Shown here: positions 57,091 through 64,000 of the stretch, piece by piece
Layout of the letters: the number at the start of each line of letters is the position of its first letter
Numbering within the stretch: the first letter of the stretch is position 1
DNA from: an uncultured Anaerolineales bacterium
Lineage (GTDB): Bacteria > Chloroflexota > Anaerolineae > Anaerolineales > UBA11858
DNA length: 64,000 bases
Assembly: GCA_964627755.1 (NCBI GenBank)
Contig: CAZVIH010000022.1
Coordinates: forward strand, 3,431-67,430
Reading direction: 5' to 3'
Position numbers and translations under genes: made by a program
The notes under the pieces: model-generated
What the model saw: the letters and a program-made list of their open reading frames with translations, nothing else
Told to the model about the DNA's origin: nothing
Databases searched by the model: none

Positions 57091-57427
57091 ATCATCTTGT
57101 TTCTCAATTCGAAATCAGGTATTTTGATTTGATTCGGATTTTTTGGTTCAGTAAATTTATTTTGCTGCTAGATTGTATTAGCAGAATAGCAATTGATAAC
57201 TTCCGTTCTGATCATTAGTGGCACAATATGTCAGATGGTTTATTCATTTCTTGACACCATGGTAAATTATATTATGGATAACCCCGGGTTCAAAACTATG
57301 TTCTGTTCGAAGAAGAATTGATGTATGAATTTTGGGTTTGTTTCAACGAGATATAACAATCTATTTTCTTTCTATTCGGGGAAGCCAACCGGGGTGATAA
57401 CATCTAAGCTCCAGCCTAGGAATAATT

Positions 57428-58231
57428 ATGGAAGAACAACTGAATGCCCGACAAAGAAGGGACCTGATAGCCCGCTATATCCGAGATCGGACTCAGGTGA
57501 AAATGGCAGATCTAATGAAGGAATTTGGATTGACCGACACGTCCATCCGCCGAGATCTTTCAATATTGGAAAAAGAAGGGATGCTGCGAAGAGTCCACGG
57601 GGGTGCTGTTTCAACAAGTGAAGGGCTCCAGATCATGGATTTTGAAGATCGAAGAGCGCATTTCAGAACAGAAAAAAGGATGATCGGCGCTTCTGCTTCA
57701 GAATTTATTCATCCTAAAGATGTGGTCTTATTCGATTCTGGAACAACGGTTTTACAGGTAGCGAAACATATATCAAGTTCCCTGCGTCAAATTGGTTCAC
57801 TTCGGATTGTCACGAATTCAATCCTCTTACTGGATGAAGTTGGCCTGTGGGCTTCGCCAAACCTGTTATTACTTGGCGGGATCTACCTTCCCGAACACCG
57901 GGCAACGGTTGGACCTGAAGTATTAGAAAGTCTTAAAAAGATTTCTGCCCAACGAGTATTTCTGGGTTGTGATGGTCTAACCCTTGATGGGGGAATTACC
58001 ACAGCACATCCATTAATTGCTGAGGCCGGCCGCGCGATGGCTTCCAGCGCTGAACAGGTTATAGTCTTAGCTGATCACAGCAAATTGGGTATAGCCGGGT
58101 TTGTGCCTATTATGGATATAGACAATATTGATGTATTGATTACAGATCCAAGTGCTTCCGACCAGATCGTAGAAGATCTCCGGAAACGAAATGTCAAGGT
58201 AATAATCGCGTCTGACGACTATCAAGATTAA
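57428..58231 (+). CDS. DeoR/GlpR-family transcriptional regulator
   Basis: N-terminal HTH RRDLIARYIRDRTQVKMADLMKEFGLTDTSIRRDLSILEKEGMLRRVHGGAV, plus a C-terminal sugar-phosphate-binding domain. Confidence 0.85.
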   Translation: MEEQLNARQRRDLIARYIRDRTQVKMADLMKEFGLTDTSIRRDLSILEKEGMLRRVHGGAVSTSEGLQIMDFEDRRAHFRTEKRMIGASASEFIHPKDVVLFDSGTTVLQVAKHISSSLRQIGSLRIVTNSILLLDEVGLWASPNLLLLGGIYLPEHRATVGPEVLESLKKISAQRVFLGCDGLTLDGGITTAHPLIAEAGRAMASSAEQVIVLADHSKLGIAGFVPIMDIDNIDVLITDPSASDQIVEDLRKRNVKVIIASDDYQD

Positions 58232-58639
58232 TTTCTAAAAAACTGAAAATCTGCAATCACGGATATTGTGGTTGTTTTGATTTTGGTTGTCCACTTCATC
58301 CTGTTCAAGCCGCCGAAAACCATTCACGCCAGATGAATATTCAGCTCAGCGCCAGCGCCATTTAGTCTGCGAGTTACAAGAAACAGGCAATTTTCCAAGT
58401 CCTGCCTATCCTGTTTTCCAATTTTTACATCCGCTACCAGACGATCAGACAACCCCATTCTTGCGGATGGTTTTTTTTAACTTTTAAACAAAATCATCTA
58501 TTTTGCGGATGACAGAAAAGTAGTTATTGTTTATGCTCTTTACATTGCTGCGCAGGATTCCAATATTAAAAATCAACATACCTCCAGAAAGGAACCGGAA
58601 GGATGTAAAAAAAATCATCTTTTTTGTTTATGGTCCACC

Positions 58640-59305
58640 TTGACAACATTGATAGTTTTAGCAGGGTGTATTAAAGCTGATCCCGCATCGGAACCTCTGG
58701 AAATCCCTTTAACTGCGGAACGGGAGGGAGATGATTCTCCGGTTATTGATGGGGTTCTGCAGCCGGGAGAATGGGATCAGGCTGATCTTTTTTATTTTGA
58801 GGACGGGAGTGAGTTATACATAGATCAAGATGGTGAGTATCTCTATCTGGCGATCCGCTCCATTCCTGATGAAATGATCGCTGGTAATGTCTTTCTGAAA
58901 AGCGGAGACCAAATATCCATCCTCCATACATCAGCAGCCCTGGGTACTGCAATCTATCAGCGTGAGGCAGATTCATGGCGTAAAATCCAGGATTTTATGT
59001 GGTGCTGCCGTTCGAGGATTGAGAGTGAAACAGCCAGGCAGGAAAGAGAGGTCTTTTTAAACCAAGGTGGTTGGCTAGGAATTAACTCCTTCCTGGGAAA
59101 TGAGAATGAGCTGGAATATCAGATCCACCTCTCCGGGTCAGCTCAGAATCTCGCGGTAAACTTTATCAGCGCTGATAACCCGGACAGAAAACAGGTCTGG
59201 CCGGTTGGTCTGGTTGATGGACCTGCCCAGCCTCCCGAGGGAGGATTTCCGGAAATAATGGATTTTTCTCCCAAGGATTGGCAAGATCTGGAGCAGCTGC
59301 CATGA
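58640..59305 (+). CDS. Secreted lipoprotein, DOMON/CBM9-like (tentative)
   Basis: TTG start with a very short signal and lipobox LAGC. Contains VIDGVLQPGEWDQADLFYF. The stop overlaps the next start (ATGA at 59302-59305). Confidence 0.45.
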   Translation: MTTLIVLAGCIKADPASEPLEIPLTAEREGDDSPVIDGVLQPGEWDQADLFYFEDGSELYIDQDGEYLYLAIRSIPDEMIAGNVFLKSGDQISILHTSAALGTAIYQREADSWRKIQDFMWCCRSRIESETARQEREVFLNQGGWLGINSFLGNENELEYQIHLSGSAQNLAVNFISADNPDRKQVWPVGLVDGPAQPPEGGFPEIMDFSPKDWQDLEQLP

Positions 59306-60207
59306 AATGGATGAGCACCTTGCAGTATCTTGTTTTATATCCTTTTCTTTTCAGTATGCTTTTAGGGGGATGCCGTGGAAATGCGGTCCAACCGGTAGAT
59401 GTTCCTTCATCGATCAACTCCTCAACAACTGAATCGGGATATCCTTTAGAAGCTGGCAGCAGGGAAACCAGGGAGCAGGATGGCATGACGCAGCTCTATG
59501 TACCCCCCGCTACCTTTTTGATGGGGGCTGAAGAATCTGATCCAGAGGCCGGGGAAGGGGAAAAACCTGCCCATCCAGTAACCCTGGATGGTTACTGGAT
59601 CGATGAAACGGAAGTTAGCAACATGCAGTATGTCCTCTGCGTAGAGGCTGGGAAGTGCGCTCCTTCAAAATTTGTTGATAATCAGCTTTATAACGGAGAG
59701 AACTACCCGGTAGTTGGAATCGATTGGCTGGATGCCCAGGATTACTGTACCTGGGCAGGGGGAAGATTGCCTACCGAGGCTGAATGGGAGTACGCTGCCA
59801 AGGGTAATGAAGGTTTTATCTATCCCTGGGGAAATGAGTATGATGGAAATTTCCTGAATGCCTGTGATCTGAACTGCAGCGAATCCTGGGCAGATCTGGA
59901 AGTTGATGACGGATTTTCAATGAGCGCGCCTGTTGGCAGTTTCCCGGATGGGGCCAGCTGGGTTGGCGCATTGGATATGGCTGGAAATGTCTGGGAGTGG
60001 ATCCAGGATTGGTGCGGGGAATATGATCACGGATCCCTGGAAAACCCCCCTGGACCCGATGATGGGCGATGTAAGATCATCCGGGGTGGGGCCTGGGCCA
60101 GTCCGCCTGCCGGTTTACGGACCACCTATCGCATCATCAATACTAGCGAGATCAGTCCTGATATTCGACACCCCAATATCGGCTTTCGGTGTGTAATACC
60201 CAAATAA
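59302..60207 (+). CDS. FGE-sulfatase (SUMF1-like) domain lipoprotein
   Basis: Lipobox LLGGC. Motifs HPVTLDGYWIDETEVSN, YCTWAGGRLPTEAEWEYAAKG, YPWGNE, RGGAWAS and IGFRCV. Confidence 0.8.
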   Translation: MKWMSTLQYLVLYPFLFSMLLGGCRGNAVQPVDVPSSINSSTTESGYPLEAGSRETREQDGMTQLYVPPATFLMGAEESDPEAGEGEKPAHPVTLDGYWIDETEVSNMQYVLCVEAGKCAPSKFVDNQLYNGENYPVVGIDWLDAQDYCTWAGGRLPTEAEWEYAAKGNEGFIYPWGNEYDGNFLNACDLNCSESWADLEVDDGFSMSAPVGSFPDGASWVGALDMAGNVWEWIQDWCGEYDHGSLENPPGPDDGRCKIIRGGAWASPPAGLRTTYRIINTSEISPDIRHPNIGFRCVIPK

Positions 60208-60220
60208 TCAGAGGAAAATA

Positions 60221-61282
60221 ATGAATAATGTAGTCAGAAATGTTCTATTAGGGGTTTTTATTCTGATCCCCCTGTTATTGATCCTGGGGGGATGTCAGCT
60301 CAGCCCGTCCATACCATCTGCCAGGCATGGTGCAAAGATGGTCTATGATCCTGTGGGAAAACAAGTCATTTTGTTTGGAGGTAGAGGAAAAGGTCAAATA
60401 GTGGGGGATTTATTAAGTGATCTCTGGGCTTATGATCTGGAGAAAGAAAATTGGCGGGAAATCAAGACCACCTCAGCACCACCTTCAAGATTAAGTCCAG
60501 GTTTTGTTTATGATCCCTCCCATCATCAAGTTGTTTTGTTTGGGGGGTACAGCAACAGGGGTCGCCTGGATGATACCTGGCTACTTGATCTGGAGAATTA
60601 TCAATGGACAGAAGTAAATCCTGCTCTCAAACCACCAGCCAGGAGTGATATGGGTATGGCATATGACGAATCCAATCATCTCGTTTTGTTATTTGGGGGT
60701 TACTGTCTGGAAAATCAACGGGATCTTTGTGATGATACCTGGGTTTTTGATCCCAAGATGAATCGCTGGATTGAAATGGATCCCTTATCATCACCGCCCG
60801 TGATGTACGGACACTCGCTGAATTATGATCCACTTAATGAACAGTTTCTCGTTTGGGGCGGACATATGTCAAGTTTTGACCAGGGGAGGATGTCTTCCGC
60901 TGGTTATAACGATTCGATCTGGTTATATACTTATTCTGATAACCAATGGCAGGAGATCGATCCTGGTAATCAAAGCCACCCCTCTGCCCGATATTGGCAT
61001 CAGGCAATCTTTGGATTGGAACCTTCAGGATTAGTTGTTTTTGGAGGAGATGGAGGGTACAGGTATTTAACTGATACCTGGTTCTTTGATCCAGAAAATG
61101 ACAGCTGGTCCAGGATCAATTCAGAAAATACTCCCCCGGCCAGGATCGTTGGATCGTCGGTCTATAGTCCTGATTATGGACAAATTATTCTTTTTGGTGG
61201 TCTGGATGATGACTTTTCTAATCTAAAAGATACCTGGATTTATTCTGATAAATCTGGAGAATGGGAACTGATTTCTACCTAG
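60221..61282 (+). CDS. Kelch-repeat beta-propeller lipoprotein
   Basis: Lipobox ILGGC. Six repeats of the pattern R.GH.M.YD......VLFGG......L.D.W..D.....W. Confidence 0.75.
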   Translation: MNNVVRNVLLGVFILIPLLLILGGCQLSPSIPSARHGAKMVYDPVGKQVILFGGRGKGQIVGDLLSDLWAYDLEKENWREIKTTSAPPSRLSPGFVYDPSHHQVVLFGGYSNRGRLDDTWLLDLENYQWTEVNPALKPPARSDMGMAYDESNHLVLLFGGYCLENQRDLCDDTWVFDPKMNRWIEMDPLSSPPVMYGHSLNYDPLNEQFLVWGGHMSSFDQGRMSSAGYNDSIWLYTYSDNQWQEIDPGNQSHPSARYWHQAIFGLEPSGLVVFGGDGGYRYLTDTWFFDPENDSWSRINSENTPPARIVGSSVYSPDYGQIILFGGLDDDFSNLKDTWIYSDKSGEWELIST

Positions 61283-61336
61283 TTGAGGTATAGTTAGGTT
61301 AACTCAGGATTAAAAATAGACAAACAGAATAAATCC

Positions 61337-61699
61337 ATGAAACCAAGATCCCTGTTATCCCAGATCCTCCGGATATTTGCTGTTGTGATGGTAATTGTCT
61401 TGCTGACTGTTGCCATTGTTGCCGGGATCGGTTGGTGGGCTGGGTGGTTAACCGAGGATAAATTCAAGACAGCTATCCAGATCGCGGGACTGGTTCTGAT
61501 CGGGATAGGACTTTTAGGAATTAGGGGGAATTGGGATAAACCCCGCAATTTTGAGTACCAATCCGGCAGGTCGATCACAAAAGACGACAGTTGGAAAAGA
61601 ATCCAGCAGTCCCTGCTTGATTTTGCCCAGAGCTACTCTTTTTTATTGATCATGTTATTCGCCGGGGGGTTGTGTTTGGTCATAGGCTGGATGATGTGA
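61337..61699 (+). CDS. Small membrane protein (3 TM), unknown function
   Basis: Three hydrophobic helices. No family was recognised. Confidence 0.45.
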   Translation: MKPRSLLSQILRIFAVVMVIVLLTVAIVAGIGWWAGWLTEDKFKTAIQIAGLVLIGIGLLGIRGNWDKPRNFEYQSGRSITKDDSWKRIQQSLLDFAQSYSFLLIMLFAGGLCLVIGWMM

Positions 61700-61840
61700 T
61701 TTTGGATGTTTCCTTGATTCTTTTTGTTTTATAAATCCGAATTACCAATACATACCTAAAATACATCTTAATTATGATGTATTTTATTTGGGTTGGATCA
61801 GGCCTGAAAGATTTCTCCAAAAACTCCTAATATTAAGCTC

Positions 61841-61870
61841 TTGACAATACTGTGTGATATACTGTATAAT
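61841..61870 (+). promoter_or_regulatory. Near-consensus sigma70 promoter of the padR operon
   Basis: TTGACA (61841-61846), 18 nt spacer, TATAAT (61865-61870). The first ATG (61878) lies only 7 nt after the -10 box. Confidence 0.55.
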
Positions 61871-61877
61871 GCGAAGC

Positions 61878-62240
61878 ATGATGATAAAAAATTCTCAATC
61901 AGAACTGTATCTCAAGCTCACCCAGGAACTCCGCAGGGGTATTCTGGTCCTGGCCGCACTCAGCCAGCTTACGGAGGAAAAATATGGCTATGCCTTAATG
62001 AATAGCCTGGCTGAAAAGGGTTTGGACATAGAACAGGGTACTCTTTACCCTCTTTTGCGGAGGTTGGAGTCCCAGGGTTTGCTGCAAAGCGAGTGGAATG
62101 TTGAAGGCTCTCGCCCCAGACGCTATTACGTGATCAGTCCAGAGGGCACTCAAACCCTCCAGGATCTGGCTGGGGAGTGGCGTGAAATAACAGAAGTACT
62201 GGAAAGATTATTGGCTGGTACTGCCAATCAAGGAGAATAA
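61878..62240 (+). CDS. PadR-family transcriptional regulator
   Basis: YGYALMNSLAEKGLDIEQGTLYPLLRRLESQGLLQSEW....RPRRYYVISPEG. The start is set at ATG 61878 or 61881 because of the promoter position. The ORF-track GTG at 61854 lies inside the promoter. Confidence 0.8.
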   Translation: MMIKNSQSELYLKLTQELRRGILVLAALSQLTEEKYGYALMNSLAEKGLDIEQGTLYPLLRRLESQGLLQSEWNVEGSRPRRYYVISPEGTQTLQDLAGEWREITEVLERLLAGTANQGE

Positions 62241-62241
62241 G

Positions 62242-63258
62242 ATGACTTTATTAGATCGATATATCCAAGAAGTAGGGCGGCACCTGCCGCGAAAAAATAG
62301 GAGTGATATTAAAGCAGAGCTGCGTTCCTCATTTGTTGATACCCTGGAAGATCGATTTGGCCAGGAAGCAACAGAAGAACAGACATCTGAAGTGCTCAAA
62401 GAATTTGGCCAACCTCGTGATGTAGCAGCTTCCTACCACCCCCAGGGCCAATATCTTATTGGACCGACATTGTATCCGATCTTTCGGATGGTGGTCTGGA
62501 TCGTGATTGCCGCAGTGCTTGGGGCTCAAATTCTGGCCTGGGGAATCGGGCTCTTTGTTGATGGAGAAGCTTTTTCCGTTTTGGAAATGCTGGCGTCCCT
62601 GGTAGCCAGTGTTCCGGCCTCATTGGGCTGGATCATCATTACCTTTATGATCCTGCAGTATTTTGATGCCAAACCTCATCTAGAAAATGAACCCTGGGAT
62701 CCAACAAAACTGCCTGAGATCAACACGGGTCAAGATATCAAGCGTGGCGAGCTGATCGTGAGCCTGGTTTTCAGCACATTGATCCTGGCACTGATCACTT
62801 TATTCCCGCAGTGGGTGGGTTTTATAACCACACCGGGTGGAGTATTCTATCCCAATCTAGTCATCCTCGAGTACCTGGTTCTGATCCAGGTTTCTCTGTT
62901 GGCCCATATGGTCCTGGATGTTTACATGCTTTGGAAAGGACAATGGAATATGGTGACCCGGATCATCAAACTCGGATTGAGTGTCTACAGCATCGTGATC
63001 TTGGGTTTTCTGGTTCAGGGCCACAACGCCTGGCTAACATCCCATTCTGCCGGAGGTTTATTTGAGGTTCTTGAATCCATTTCCGGAATTTCAGATGGCG
63101 GCTGGGAAATTGTAGGTATGCATGCTTTCAGGCTGGCATTTTTTGTAGCGCTGGTGGTGACGACCATAGAACTATTCGTTGACATTTTCCGGATCATCCG
63201 GAACAAAATCCAAGAAGATAATATATCAGCCAAAGATTTTGTTCTGAAAGTTGAATAA
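62242..63258 (+). CDS. PadR-associated membrane protein with N-terminal HAAS/DUF1700-like helix domain
   Basis: N-terminus LDRYIQEVGRHLPRKNRSDIKAELRSSFVDTLEDRF, followed by about 6 TM helices. Confidence 0.6.
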   Translation: MTLLDRYIQEVGRHLPRKNRSDIKAELRSSFVDTLEDRFGQEATEEQTSEVLKEFGQPRDVAASYHPQGQYLIGPTLYPIFRMVVWIVIAAVLGAQILAWGIGLFVDGEAFSVLEMLASLVASVPASLGWIIITFMILQYFDAKPHLENEPWDPTKLPEINTGQDIKRGELIVSLVFSTLILALITLFPQWVGFITTPGGVFYPNLVILEYLVLIQVSLLAHMVLDVYMLWKGQWNMVTRIIKLGLSVYSIVILGFLVQGHNAWLTSHSAGGLFEVLESISGISDGGWEIVGMHAFRLAFFVALVVTTIELFVDIFRIIRNKIQEDNISAKDFVLKVE

Positions 63259-63288
63259 CTCCTCCAGAAGAGCATCCAGAAATCCTTA

Positions 63289-63360
63289 GGGACGAAGTCC
63301 TTTCAAAGGACTCCGTCCCTTTCAAATCCCCGGAGTTTAAAAGGGACTCCGGGATTTTTT
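63289..63360 (+). terminator. Tandem hairpins, the second an intrinsic terminator
   Basis: GGGACGAAGTCC-TTTCAAA-GGACTCCGTCCC, then TCCCCGGAGT-TTAAAAGGG-ACTCCGGGA followed by TTTTTT. Confidence 0.65.
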
Positions 63361-63397
63361 ATGTTTTTATGGTTTAATCCTGCAGGAGGTTTTTTTT

Positions 63398-64000
63398 ATG
63401 TGTGATACCCTGATCGCTGCTGCAAATGTGACTAAAAACAAGTTTGCGCTTTTCGCAAAGAATTCTGACCGCCCACCTAATGAAGCCCAATTCCTGGACT
63501 GGGTCCCTGCTCGGACCCATGGGCCCGGGGATATTCTAAAATGTACCTATATCGAAATTCCCCAGGTTCAGCAAACCCATGCCGTTTTATTATCCCGACC
63601 GTTCTGGATGTGGGGAGCGGAGATGGGAATCAATCAACACGGCCTGGCGATCGGCAATGAAGCTCTATTCTCGAAGGTCCCGGCCAATAGGGAACTGGCC
63701 CTGCTGGGTATGGATTTGCTGCGCCTGGCCCTGGAACGGGCCAAATCCGCTCCTGAGGCAGTAGATGTCATAGCTGATCTGCTGGAAGAGTTCGGGCAGG
63801 GAGGATCGCATATTCAACCCGGCCATCTTTATTACCACAACAGCTACCTTATCAGCGACTCGCGGGAAAATTGGGTGCTGGAAACCATTGGAAAACAGTG
63901 GGCAGCTCGGAAGATCGACCCCATTTACAGCATATCCAATTTGATCTCTCTTGAAGGGATTTGGGACCAGTCTTCTTCTGGATTAAAGCAGTACATTTTA
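63398..64000 (+). CDS. Peptidase C69 / secernin-like Ntn hydrolase (3' end beyond the window)
   Basis: AGGAGG lies 8 nt upstream of the ATG at 63398. The N-terminal nucleophile is in MCDT. Motifs FAKNSDRPPNEAQ and GAEMGINQHGLAIGNEA. The frame is open to nt 64000. The gene is absent from the ORF track because no stop lies inside the window. Confidence 0.7.
   Translation, partial: MCDTLIAAANVTKNKFALFAKNSDRPPNEAQFLDWVPARTHGPGDILKCTYIEIPQVQQTHAVLLSRPFWMWGAEMGINQHGLAIGNEALFSKVPANRELALLGMDLLRLALERAKSAPEAVDVIADLLEEFGQGGSHIQPGHLYYHNSYLISDSRENWVLETIGKQWAARKIDPIYSISNLISLEGIWDQSSSGLKQYIL

Noticed and set aside
58287-58487. A 66-aa ORF in the deoR/lipoprotein intergenic region.
   Set aside because: It has no Shine-Dalgarno sequence, its composition is unlike neighbouring genes, and it overlaps predicted RNA stems and the terminator-like hairpin.

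Overview
This 64-kb window was annotated by hand from the sequence and the supplied ORF track. No searches were run, so all family names are motif-level recognition.

Left part (1-13.6 kb): this part is GC-rich but uneven. Hand counts of single 60-nt lines gave 72% at 3001, 73% at 9301, 53% at 7501 and 55% at 11401.
- The window opens inside a phage-derived structural block (1-5618). It encodes an HK97-type major capsid protein, a gp6-like head-tail connector, a large tail-like protein, a small 2-TM protein, a fibre-like protein and a small unknown.
- The long intergenic gaps of this block are filled by a mosaic family of short palindromic repeat modules.
- Cellular genes follow: an acidic lipoprotein, a REC-first histidine kinase, an SGNH hydrolase, a TIM-barrel protein, a SAM methyltransferase, a 3xSH3b protein and two tandem FHA paralogues.
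- An initiator-type tRNA-Met(CAU) sits at 13570-13641.

Right part (about 50 kb): this part is AT-richer. Sampled lines gave 52% at 17041, 53% at 25561, 42% at 34021, 40% at 42001 and 53% at 60301. It carries ordinary chromosomal functions:
- metV-metF and two Hsp20 genes.
- A TetR plus ABC-2 exporter operon and a GH2 beta-galactosidase.
- A membrane/Cys protein paired with an MglA/CvnD-like small GTPase.
- An SDR, an AI-2E transporter, and an NBR1-like lipoprotein with a small wHTH protein.
- A metal cluster: a DtxR-family regulator, an unusual NicO-transporter/TolB-propeller fusion, and FeoA-FeoB-FeoC.
- A broken fatty-acid desaturase.
- A MarR plus heterodimeric ABC exporter operon, a PAS-GGDEF protein and a MATE transporter.
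- A 13-kb carbohydrate locus with two kinases, a class I aldolase, a TIM-like isomerase, a fucose/arabinose-isomerase-like enzyme, a PotABCD-type ABC importer and a DeoR regulator.
- A translationally coupled operon of three secreted proteins (DOMON/CBM9-like, FGE-sulfatase domain, Kelch).
- A PadR plus HAAS membrane module and a 3'-truncated C69/secernin-like peptidase.

I saw no rRNA, CRISPR array, intact transposase or integrase, or recognisable defence system.

The most noteworthy items are:
- the mosaic repeat family;
- the gapped, incomplete phage block;
- the GTPase two-gene module;
- the NicO-TolB fusion;
- the non-canonical sugar locus;
- the secreted-protein trio;
- two genes interrupted by single in-frame stop codons;
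- a compositional and repeat-content change near the tRNA, which could be horizontal acquisition or an assembly join.
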